Below, in pieces: positions 21,659 to 29,079 of a stretch of 64,000 nucleotides of DNA (the stretch's first letter is position 1; each line of letters opens with the position of its first letter). A program made the translations under genes and the position numbers. Location: contig JACRLW010000115.1 in the NCBI GenBank assembly GCA_016235155.1, positions 17,115-81,114 on the forward strand, read 5' to 3'. The DNA is from Planctomycetota bacterium (lineage in GTDB: Bacteria > Planctomycetota > UBA1135 > UBA2386). The notes under the pieces were generated by a model, which did not search any database, was not told the DNA's origin, and was given only the letters and a program-made list of their open reading frames with translations.

Positions 21659-22594
21659 GTGTCAGGGAACGCGCGGGCGCTCCGTCGGCGCGAAGTCCAA
21701 GGCCAACTCCAAGTGCAGATCCTCCGCGCCCTCGACCTCTTCGTCGGCCAGTTGCAGGCCGACGGCCGCTCCCCCCACACGATCGGTCAGTATCGACGCC
21801 ACGTTCGCGCGCTCGGCGCCTGGCTGACGGCCACTCGCGGCAGCCTCGACCTCCGCAAGCTGCGCCACCAGGACGTGGCCGCCTTCTTCGGCGCGCCCGC
21901 CGCGCGCACCGCGGCCGGCACGACGCGCGCGAAGCGGGCGACCTCGGTCAACGCGATGCGCACGAGCATCCGCTGCTTCCTCCGCTACCTCCACGAGTCC
22001 GGGGAGATCGGCTCGAACCCGGCGGCACTGCTCAAGCGTGCGCGCTGCGCGCCGCCGCCGCCCCGCGCGATGCGCGACGAGGAGGAGCAGAAGCTGCTCG
22101 CCTACCTCGCCGGCCACGAGGGCGACGCTGCGCGCCGCGACGAGGCTCTGGTTCGGCTGATGCTCGGCGCTGGGTTGCGGATCGGGGCGGCCCTTGGCCT
22201 CGACGTCGAGGACCTCGACTTGGAGCGGGCCGAGGCGCACGTGCGGCGCGACAAGGGCGACCGGAGCGAGACCGTGCTGCTGCCTCACCAGCTCGTCGAG
22301 CACCTCCGCGGCTTCGTCGGCGCCCGGCGATCAGGACCGCTCTTCGCAACCGCGGACGGCGAGCGGGTCTCGACGCGGCACGCGCAGCGGAGGTTCGCCG
22401 CGGCGGTCGCGGCAACGGGCATCGAACGCCGGCTCTCGCCGCACGCGTGCCGGCACGCCTTCGCGACCCGGCTGCTGGCGCGGACGGGGAACTTGCAGCT
22501 CGTCCGACGGGCGATGCACCACCGGTCGATCTCGAGCACTGCCATCTACGCGGCGGTCCGCGACGAAGACGTCCGCCGGGCGCTCGCCGAGTAG
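21659..22594 (+). CDS. Tyrosine recombinase / integrase (XerC/XerD-like)
   Basis: N-terminal SAM-like domain: LFVGQLQADGRSPHTIGQYRRHVRALGAWL. Catalytic region: LRIGAALGLDVEDLDL, HACRHAFATRLLARTGNLQLVRRAMHHRSISSTAIYAAV (R..HxxR..H..Y). Confidence 0.85.
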   Translation: MSGNARALRRREVQGQLQVQILRALDLFVGQLQADGRSPHTIGQYRRHVRALGAWLTATRGSLDLRKLRHQDVAAFFGAPAARTAAGTTRAKRATSVNAMRTSIRCFLRYLHESGEIGSNPAALLKRARCAPPPPRAMRDEEEQKLLAYLAGHEGDAARRDEALVRLMLGAGLRIGAALGLDVEDLDLERAEAHVRRDKGDRSETVLLPHQLVEHLRGFVGARRSGPLFATADGERVSTRHAQRRFAAAVAATGIERRLSPHACRHAFATRLLARTGNLQLVRRAMHHRSISSTAIYAAVRDEDVRRALAE

Positions 22595-22677
22595 CGTCTC
22601 AGACCTCGACTGGTAGCCAGCTCCGATCCGATCCTTCGGTGGAACTGCGGACACCTGTCTGGCGCGTTTCCGGGGTT

Positions 22678-22794
22678 TTCGTCACGGTCCCGCAGAATGC
22701 GGCCATCCTCCGCCGCCGAGCACCGCCGTGCGACTGGCTCCATTCCTCGCACCCGGCGCTGCGAAGTGGTTTCGTCAATTCGTCAATTCGTCCT
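22678..22794 (+). repeat. Iteron-like TTCGTC(A/C) repeats: one copy at 22678-22684 and three at 8-bp spacing at 22771-22794 (TTCGTCAA TTCGTCAA TTCGTCCT)
   Basis: Read directly and checked against the frame of ORF 22697. It is AT-rich relative to its surroundings and intergenic, between integrase 1 and the HTH protein. Confidence 0.6.
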
Positions 22795-22901
22795 GCAAGT
22801 TCAAGACTGCCTCACGCTACGGCGCTTGCTAGCCTGCGGTGCGAGAGCTCACCAAGAGTTGGTGAGTGCTCCTGGTCACATCCCCGAGCAGGCGGTTGAA
22901 G

Positions 22902-23879
22902 ATGAACTCCGAAAGACGACGTCCGGACGAAGGCGACACTTCGAACGCCCCGGCTGGTGAGCGCGACGCGCCGAACCCGGCTCCCGCCCCTGTCGAGATC
23001 AGCCCTCCTGAGCGCGAGACCTTGATCTTCGACTTGACCGCGGAGCCGCACCCGACTGATCCTCCGCTGCGACCGGTTCCAGGGCCAGCAGGCGCGAACA
23101 CCTGCAATGCGGCTCGGAATGCCCTCGCTCTTGGGTCGGGAGCCGAATATCGCGACCCCCTCCAGAGCTACCTTGACCGCGAGGCACTGCGGCGGCGCAT
23201 CGAGGCGACGCTCGCTCCAGTGCCGCAGACTTCGCGAGAGTACCGAGCAGTGGTCATCGCCGGAGATCCGCGTTTCCAGGACGCTATCGAGCGACAGACT
23301 TGGCCTGCACGGTTCCCGCTCGAGCCGAAGCGCCCTATGGTGATTCCAGGGGACGTGGGTGTGCTGGCGCTAGGCAATGGCCAGTACATCCCGGCTGCCG
23401 CCGGCTGGACGCCTGCTGACGGGCAGGCCATGGCGTCACGGGAGACCGAGCGCCTCGGTCTTGGACAGTGGTTCGATGCCTCCGGGCCGGTCCACGTCGT
23501 GTGGCCCGATGCAGTGCGAACTCGCGACGAATCCGCAGCGCGCCGAGCTGTGGAAGATCTGCGTGACCACCTCAAACAACTCCACACCGCGATCATGACG
23601 CTCGTGGCCCACCTCTCCCGTTCGAACCAAGTGGATACGGTGCCTTCCGGACTCGTGAAGAAGCTCTCGCGGAACACACTCGCCAAGGCGCTCTTGATCG
23701 AGAACGCGGACATGACTCTTGATGAGCTGGCCAGAATGCTCGGCGTGAGCCGGCGCACGCTGCAGCGTGACAAGGACTTGATCGCGTTCCGTTCCGAACT
23801 GCAGATGGCGTCACGGCGCGAACAGCGTTCTGGAGGCAAGTTTGTGCGCCCGAGTGGGGACAGTCCAGCCAAGGGGTGA
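22902..23879 (+). CDS. Hypothetical protein with C-terminal helix-turn-helix
   Basis: ATG at 22902 (MNSERRRPDE). C-terminal MTLDELARMLGVSRRTLQRDKDLI is a classic HTH. Hand translation shows coding-like codon bias. Confidence 0.6.
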   Translation: MNSERRRPDEGDTSNAPAGERDAPNPAPAPVEISPPERETLIFDLTAEPHPTDPPLRPVPGPAGANTCNAARNALALGSGAEYRDPLQSYLDREALRRRIEATLAPVPQTSREYRAVVIAGDPRFQDAIERQTWPARFPLEPKRPMVIPGDVGVLALGNGQYIPAAAGWTPADGQAMASRETERLGLGQWFDASGPVHVVWPDAVRTRDESAARRAVEDLRDHLKQLHTAIMTLVAHLSRSNQVDTVPSGLVKKLSRNTLAKALLIENADMTLDELARMLGVSRRTLQRDKDLIAFRSELQMASRREQRSGGKFVRPSGDSPAKG

Positions 23880-24003
23880 CAACGCCCATTCCATGTCACC
23901 TTCCGGTTCACGCCGCAGCGTCTGGATCATGGGTTCTCCTCGCCATGAGGGACCGCATGCCGAGGATCATGTCGCACTGGTGACGCCTGCGACTGTCAGT
24001 TCG

Positions 24004-24019
24004 GAGGTCGATCGACCTC
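24004..24019. promoter_or_regulatory. Perfect 16-bp palindrome GAGGTCGATCGACCTC immediately upstream of the small-ORF/primase operon
   Basis: Read directly. It ends 10 nt before the ATG at 24029. Confidence 0.45.
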
Positions 24020-24028
24020 GAACCCACC

Positions 24029-24241
24029 ATGGGCCGTCGCAGTCCCTCAAGAACCACCACACTCCTCGGAGATCGGGCTTCGTTCTGGATCGTCGCACTC
24101 GAGCGAGCACTCGCGGATGGCGACGACGAAGCTGCGTTCACGGCGCGGGATGAGCTCCGGAGACTGGGCGTGGACGTCCACTTCAGGGTGGACGGACTTT
24201 GGAGAAGGGCAGTCGCCACTCGGGGCGAGGGTTCGCGATGA
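24029..24241 (+). CDS. Small hypothetical protein (70 aa) translationally coupled to the primase gene
   Basis: SFWIVALERALADGDDEAAFTARDELRRLGVDVHF looks protein-like. Its TGA (24239-24241) overlaps the primase ATG (24238) as ATGA. Confidence 0.4.
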   Translation: MGRRSPSRTTTLLGDRASFWIVALERALADGDDEAAFTARDELRRLGVDVHFRVDGLWRRAVATRGEGSR

Positions 24242-26763
24242 CCCCTCCCCCTTCGAGTCGACTGCGTGAGGTCCTGTTGCGGCTCGAGGGAGTCAGGCCC
24301 ACCCAAGACGGACACCAAGCCTGTTGTCCGAGCCACGACGACCAGCATCCGAGCCTCTCCGTCAAGGAGACACCGGACGGCCGGATCGTGGTGTATTGCC
24401 ACGCCCAGCCTGACGTCTGCACCTTCTCGCGAATCGCACAGTCCCTCGGGCTACCGGAGCAGCACTTCGCGCCACCAGGCACTCGCGCGGCCGCTGCCCG
24501 ACCCGCAAGGTCGAGACGAGCGGTCCACCCAAGTCGCGCAGCCGCTGAGTCGCATCTCGGCGACCAGATGCGGCAGCTCGGCTACGAACTGACGCGCTCC
24601 TGGGAGTACCAGGAGGCCGACGGTGAAACGGCCTTCGTCGTCCTGCGATTCGATCATCCCTCGAAGTCGAAGTCGTTCCGGCAGCTCCAGCCTGTCAACG
24701 GCGCCTGGACAACGGGGCTCCCGGGTCACCGACCCCTGTACGAGCTTGCGTCGGTGCTCGAGTCCGACGACATCGTCGTCGTCGAAGGCGAGAAAGCCGC
24801 AGTAGCCGCGAGATCGATCGGCCTCGTCGCGACCACCTCGGTCGGCGGCGCAGGGCAGGCGCGTCACACCGATTGGAGTCCGCTCGCGGGGAAGTCCGTC
24901 ACGATCCTCCCCGACAACGACCCCCCGGGGGCCACCTACGCCCGCACCGTTCTGTCGGTCCTTGCTGGTCTCCAGCCGCCACCGACGGTGCGTGTCGTCG
25001 CACTCCCCGATCTGCCGTCGCACGGCGACATCGTCGAGTTCATCGACGCTGCCCGTGCGCGCGGCCTTGGCGACGAGGAGTGCCGTCGCCATCTCGCGGA
25101 CCGCATCGCATCCACTGCTCCAACGGAGCTCGGCAAAGCCGAGAGTTCGGAGACCGACGAATCGACCGGGCCGTTCCCCACGCACGTTCTTCCTCCGGGG
25201 GTCCGCGAGTTCGTCGAAGCAATCGCTGAGACTATCCCGTGCGATCCTGCTTTCGCAGCACTGCCGGTGCTCGCGAGCCTGTCAGTCTGTATCGGGAACA
25301 GCGCCCGCGCCGTTCTGAAGTCCACCTGGGCCGCCCCGGCCGTGCTCTGGCTAATCGTGGTCGCCGACTCGGGCGCGGGGAAATCTCCTGCCGCACAAGC
25401 AGCGCTCGCACCGCTGATGGAGATCGAAGCAGAGCTGCGGAGGGTGCATGCCGAGCGCTTCCGCAACTACGAGTTGGAATTCGCGAAGTGGGATGCGGAG
25501 CACGGATCGCAGCGCAGAGGGCGCAAGGCCGATGCCATCCGACCCGACCCGCCAAAGCCTCCGATCCACGAACGCATCACGACCGACGACATCACCATCG
25601 AAGCACTCTCAGATCTGCTCGCGGAGAACCCCCGCGGACTGGCAGTCATCCGCGACGAGGGCGCGGGCTGGATCGAAGGATTCGATCGCTACGCGAAGTC
25701 CCGGGGAGCCGAAGTGGCCCGCTGGCTCGAGATCTACGACGCGAGGTCCTTGAAGATCGATCGCAAGACCGCCGCCAAGCGACACACATTCGTGCCGATG
25801 GCCTTCGTAACGGTGTTCGCCGGGATTCAGCCTGCGGTCCTGCAGCGGACGCTACGGGAACACCTGATCCAGAACGGGTTCTTCGCTCGGCTCCTCCTGG
25901 CGAAGCCTCCCCGTCGGCCGAAGTCCTGGCGGCGCGACGACCAAGTCCCTCAGTGGCATCCGCGCGTCGCCGACACGCTTCGGCGACTCCGCAAGCTCGA
26001 GCCGTTCTTCGACGACGCCAGAGAGCCGACTCCGCGTCGCGTTCACTTCGCGGCGAGTGCCTACGAGCTCTGGGTGCGCTTCTACGACGAGTTCGCTCGG
26101 GAACAGTGGACCGCCTCGGGAGCACGGGCCTCGATGCTCGCCAAGGTCGAGGGAGCCGTCCCTCGGCTCGCCCTGATTTTCCATCTCGCGGACCTGGCGT
26201 CCGAGAAGGACCTGCCCGAGGACCTCCCTCCGATCACCGCGTCCGCCGTGGAACGAGCGATCGAGCTGGCGCTCTGGTTCCAAAGTCAGGCTGACGAACT
26301 GCTGCGGACCATCGCACCCGCGGACGCCACGGCGATCGAGTTCCTTCGCGGCAAGATCACCGAGGGCTACTTCGATGTGCCGCGCACCGCACGGGATGTT
26401 GGCCGGTGTCGATGGTGCGGGATAACCAACGCTGACTCGGCCGCGTCCGTCCTCGAGGAACTGGTCTCCCTCGGAGAGCTCGTCGTGGAGGCCGCGACCG
26501 CCGGCAGGGGTCGGCCGACGGTTCGCTATCGACGCCCAAGCGACTCTGCAGACGTGCAATCGCCGCCGACGGAAGGTGGGCGCCACCCACGCGAGGGCTT
26601 CGACACATCGAGAGCTGTTGACGAAAGACGAATTGACGAAACCCCCACCCTTCAACCGCCCCCGGCCTCCCAGGCCGGTTGGCGAGCGATAGCTTCCTTG
26701 CCCTCGTTCCCTCGCGGCCCGAATGGTGTGACGAAACCCTGCCGGGAGGCGGTCCATGTCTGA
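24238..26763 (+). CDS. Bifunctional primase/helicase: Zn-binding N-terminus + Toprim + DUF3987-like P-loop domain
   Basis: Zn-binding: CCPSHDDQHPSLSV...VVYCHAQ. Toprim: IVVVEGEKAAVAARSIGLVATTS ... VTILPDNDPPG. P-loop: LIVVADSGAGKSPAAQAAL. ATG 24238 is preferred over the track start 24199. Confidence 0.85.
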   Translation: MTPPPSSRLREVLLRLEGVRPTQDGHQACCPSHDDQHPSLSVKETPDGRIVVYCHAQPDVCTFSRIAQSLGLPEQHFAPPGTRAAAARPARSRRAVHPSRAAAESHLGDQMRQLGYELTRSWEYQEADGETAFVVLRFDHPSKSKSFRQLQPVNGAWTTGLPGHRPLYELASVLESDDIVVVEGEKAAVAARSIGLVATTSVGGAGQARHTDWSPLAGKSVTILPDNDPPGATYARTVLSVLAGLQPPPTVRVVALPDLPSHGDIVEFIDAARARGLGDEECRRHLADRIASTAPTELGKAESSETDESTGPFPTHVLPPGVREFVEAIAETIPCDPAFAALPVLASLSVCIGNSARAVLKSTWAAPAVLWLIVVADSGAGKSPAAQAALAPLMEIEAELRRVHAERFRNYELEFAKWDAEHGSQRRGRKADAIRPDPPKPPIHERITTDDITIEALSDLLAENPRGLAVIRDEGAGWIEGFDRYAKSRGAEVARWLEIYDARSLKIDRKTAAKRHTFVPMAFVTVFAGIQPAVLQRTLREHLIQNGFFARLLLAKPPRRPKSWRRDDQVPQWHPRVADTLRRLRKLEPFFDDAREPTPRRVHFAASAYELWVRFYDEFAREQWTASGARASMLAKVEGAVPRLALIFHLADLASEKDLPEDLPPITASAVERAIELALWFQSQADELLRTIAPADATAIEFLRGKITEGYFDVPRTARDVGRCRWCGITNADSAASVLEELVSLGELVVEAATAGRGRPTVRYRRPSDSADVQSPPTEGGRHPREGFDTSRAVDERRIDETPTLQPPPASQAGWRAIASLPSFPRGPNGVTKPCREAVHV
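26618..26640 (-). repeat. Three GACGAA (= TTCGTC on the minus strand) hexamers at 7-8 bp spacing, in inverted orientation relative to 22771-22794
   Basis: ttgacgaaagacgaattgacgaa. The reverse complement of 26627-26641 (TTTCGTCAATTCGTC) is identical over 15 nt to 22770-22784. It lies inside the 3' end of the primase ORF. Confidence 0.6.
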
Positions 26764-27055
26764 CCACCTCGGAGTCGCAGGGGTCCGCTTCACCTCCGCT
26801 TCAGGCCGCGACGTGGAGTCCGGCCTGATCGGCTGGGTCAGCTTCACGATCGGGGGCCTGCTGCTGATCGATGCGGTGACGTTGCGCCGCACGCGCGAGG
26901 GTCGCCTCACGCTGAGCTACCCGTGCCGCCGCGATCGAAACGGCGTCGATCATCCGCTTGCTCGTCCGATCAACGACGGTTGCCGTCGCCAACTCGAAGC
27001 CGCGGTCTTCAAGGCCCTGGGGATCGCCACGGAGGGAAGCCGCGATGCCCGCTGA
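26756..27055 (+). CDS. SpoVG-like small nucleic-acid-binding protein
   Basis: VAGVRFTSASGRDVESGLIGWVSFTIGGLLLIDAVTLRRTREGRLTLSYPCRRDRNGVDHPLARPINDGCRRQLEAAV follows the SpoVG pattern (V.R....G....A..S.T.......I.V.....G.....P.......HPIN...R..I..AV). The start overlaps the primase stop. Confidence 0.5.
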   Translation: MSDHLGVAGVRFTSASGRDVESGLIGWVSFTIGGLLLIDAVTLRRTREGRLTLSYPCRRDRNGVDHPLARPINDGCRRQLEAAVFKALGIATEGSRDAR

Positions 27056-27344
27056 CCCCGCAGCGCGGCTGCCGCGTGCGACAACAGGACCGGTCGGGGA
27101 GGACGCGGACAGGCCTTCCTCTCCCGACACAGCAAGGCCCGGCATCGGAATCCCCAGCAGCCCCGGGAATCTGCTGATGACCGTGCCAGAAGGCGCTTCC
27201 CTACTCCGCGTCGGGGTCCGCACCGTGTGGAGGCTGATGGCTGACCCCGACTCCGGCTTCCCCGAGCCGCGCCGCATCCGCGGGCGCACGCTGCTGGTCC
27301 GCAGCGAGCTGCTGGCGTTCCTCGAAGTGGAGACGCCGCCGTGA
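27045..27344 (+). CDS. Excisionase / AlpA-type HTH DNA-binding protein
   Basis: LLMTVPEGASLLRVGVRTVWRLMADPDSGFPEPRRIRGRTLLVRSELLAFLE is a typical excisionase-family HTH. Start is ATG 27045 or ATG 27177. The stop overlaps the integrase GTG (GTGA at 27341). Confidence 0.65.
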   Translation: MPADPAARLPRATTGPVGEDADRPSSPDTARPGIGIPSSPGNLLMTVPEGASLLRVGVRTVWRLMADPDSGFPEPRRIRGRTLLVRSELLAFLEVETPP

Positions 27345-28582
27345 CGCGCGCCGCGCAGAGCCACTGGACCGGCAACCCCTACCGCAGACCGGGCTCGCCC
27401 TGCTGGAGCTTCGTCTTCAAGGACGTCGACGGCGTCGTGCGCCGACGATCCGCCAAGACCACCGATCTGCGGATCGCGCGCCGCATCCTCGACGAGAAAC
27501 TCCGCGAAATCGAGCAGGCGAAGCTGGGCCACGGTGATCGCTTCGCCGCGACGCGCACGTTGCCGATCCGGCAGTTCGTCGACGAGTACCGGGCCACGCT
27601 GGAAGCGAACCAGTCAGCGCCCCGCTACGTGTCGGGCACGGTCCGGCAGCTCAAGCAGTTCCTCTCGTTCGCCAAGGTGCGCACGCTCCCCGACCTGCAC
27701 ATCGCCGACGCCGAGCGCTTCGTCACATCGATCCGCAGCAAGCGCAGCGCGAAGACGCGCGACCACTACGCGAGCTCGCTGCGCGGCTTCACGCGCTGGC
27801 TGGAACGCACCGGCCGCTGGGACTGCGACCCGCTGAAGCGACTCAGCGTCCGCACTCCGAACCGCGACCGCCTCAGGGTCTTCAAGCGGGTCTCGTTCCG
27901 CTTCGAGGAAGCCGAGCGGCTCGTCGAGGCCGCGTGGAATCGCTACGAGGCCGAGCGATCGTTTCCGGGCACGCCGTCCCGGCCGGACTACGGCGAAGAG
28001 GTCCGCGACCGGCAGGTCCTCTACTGGGTCGCGCTGACCACGGCGCTCCGAGCCAACGAGTGCGCGTCGCTGGCTTGGGAGAACCTGGGCCTCGACGACG
28101 AGCGACCCTCGGTGCGGCTCGACGGCAAGTTCACCAAGAACGGCGACGACGCCGTCGTCCCGCTGCAGGCCTTCGTCGCCGAGGCGCTTCGCGAGATGCG
28201 CGCGCGCCGGGATGCGCTCCAAGCGAGCCGCGGTGCCGGACCCGTGCCGGACAGCGACCGGGTCTTCCACGTCAACAGCAAGCTCGCGCGGCTGGTCCGC
28301 AAGGACGCCGAGTTCGCGGGCCTGGCTTCCGAGCACGGCATCACCGCCAAGCGCATCGACTTCCACTGTCTGCGGAAGAGCTGCGCGCGGATCCTCATCG
28401 AGCTGAAGGTCCACCCCAAGGTCATCCAGCAGGTCCTGCGGCACTCCGACATCCGGCTGACGATGGACCTCTACGGCGAGCTCGGCGAGGACGACCTCTT
28501 CCGCGAGCTGCCAGGGACCTTCCCGGTGCCGAGGATGTACGCGCCGCGCAAGCTGGCGCCGGTCCAGGACCGCGCGAGCTGA
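27341..28582 (+). CDS. Tyrosine integrase (phage integrase family), tRNA-adjacent
   Basis: N-terminal arm/core-binding region followed by ALRANECASLAWENLGLD, HCLRKSCARILIELKVHPKVIQQVLRHSDIRLTMDLYGE (R..HxxR..H..Y). It lies 390 nt from the 3' end of the tRNA gene. Confidence 0.9.
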   Translation: MTRAAQSHWTGNPYRRPGSPCWSFVFKDVDGVVRRRSAKTTDLRIARRILDEKLREIEQAKLGHGDRFAATRTLPIRQFVDEYRATLEANQSAPRYVSGTVRQLKQFLSFAKVRTLPDLHIADAERFVTSIRSKRSAKTRDHYASSLRGFTRWLERTGRWDCDPLKRLSVRTPNRDRLRVFKRVSFRFEEAERLVEAAWNRYEAERSFPGTPSRPDYGEEVRDRQVLYWVALTTALRANECASLAWENLGLDDERPSVRLDGKFTKNGDDAVVPLQAFVAEALREMRARRDALQASRGAGPVPDSDRVFHVNSKLARLVRKDAEFAGLASEHGITAKRIDFHCLRKSCARILIELKVHPKVIQQVLRHSDIRLTMDLYGELGEDDLFRELPGTFPVPRMYAPRKLAPVQDRAS

Positions 28583-28620
28583 GCGGCTGGCCGAGCCCCG
28601 GGAACCGGCGCCCCGTCAGC

Positions 28621-28640
28621 GCCCACGTCGGCCCACGTCG
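28621..28640 (+). repeat. Perfect tandem 10-mer GCCCACGTCG x2
   Basis: Read directly. It lies between the integrase stop and the internal att-like core. Confidence 0.6.
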
Positions 28641-28721
28641 CGCTCGCGCCCTCGGGTCCGCCATCCTGGGCGACTTCCTCGCACCTGCGCCAGGGCGCGC
28701 CCGTGTGGCCCGAGCCGCGCA

Positions 28722-28737
28722 TCTGGGTCCTGCAGGA
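28722..28737 (+). repeat. 16-bp direct repeat TCTGGGTCCTGCAGGA, identical to 28969-28984 (tRNA 3' end); att-core-like
   Basis: Exact 16/16 match read directly. The coordinates were checked against the frames of ORF 28703 and ORF 29080. Confidence 0.75.
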
Positions 28738-28787
28738 TCGGGCGGGATCGTCGCAGGACTCACCCCGTGCCCGGACGGGGCCGGGTC

Positions 28788-28837
28788 GTGCCAGGCTGTG
28801 CCAGGTCGTGCCAGGTCGTGCCAGGCGGTGCCACGCA
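28788..28837 (+). repeat. Five tandem 10-bp units GTGCCAGGNN (last unit degenerate), with helical-turn periodicity
   Basis: gtgccaggct gtgccaggtc gtgccaggtc gtgccaggcg gtgccacgca. Candidate arm-type recombinase/Xis binding sites. Confidence 0.65.
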
Positions 28838-28970
28838 GCCGGGGTCGAGCACCGTCGCGCGTGCCCCGTGGGACCAAGCCCATTGCACAATTCGTTGCAC
28901 ACTCGTTCCCCGCGAATTCGAGATCGCGCGCAAATGGCCGAATCTCGCGCGAATTCGAGGGGGTACGTTC

Positions 28971-29044
28971 TGGGTCCTGCAGGACTCGAACCTGCAACCA
29001 ACCGGGTATGAGCCAGCTGCTCTGACCAATTGAGCTAAGGACCC
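28971..29044 (-). tRNA. tRNA with CAT anticodon (elongator Met, or Ile2 if lysidine-modified); not an initiator
   Basis: Minus-strand fold: GGGTCCT TA GCTC AATTGGTCA GAGC A GCTGG CTCATAC CCGGT TGGTT GCAGG TTCGAGT CCTGC AGGACCC A (74 nt). It forms a full cloverleaf with a G1-C72 pair and no GGG/CCC anticodon stem. CCA is not encoded. Confidence 0.9.
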
Positions 29045-29079
29045 GTCCGCATCGACGCAGGCTATACCATCCCGCGCCG

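Larger units (their letters stand above)
22595..28984 (+). mobile_element. Compact tRNA-integrated element (HTH protein, small ORF, primase/helicase, SpoVG-like, Xis, Int); satellite- or integrative-mobilisable-element-like
   Basis: All genes are co-oriented with start/stop overlaps. The integrase faces the tRNA 3' end, and the att-like 16-mer is present. No capsid, tail, terminase or conjugation genes are visible. The left boundary is not defined by an exact repeat, so it is approximate. Confidence 0.5.

Noticed and set aside
22786-22812. ATTCGTCCTGCAAGTTCAAGACTGC as a degenerate copy of the tRNA 3' end / left att site of the 6.4-kb element
   Set aside because: Only GTCCTGCA is exact. With gaps, roughly two thirds of positions match the tRNA T-arm/acceptor sequence, which is too weak by eye to call an att site. 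A proper local alignment against the tRNA could revive it.
23908-24402. 164-aa minus-strand ORF across the primase leader
   Set aside because: It is antisense to the ATGA-coupled small ORF and the primase start. The composition is Ser/Arg-rich.
28648-29033. ORFs inside the att/tRNA region (28703..29011 +, 28767..29033 +, 28760..29029 -, 28471..29001 -)
   Set aside because: They run through the tandem 10-mers, the direct repeats and the tRNA gene itself, so they are not credible coding sequence.
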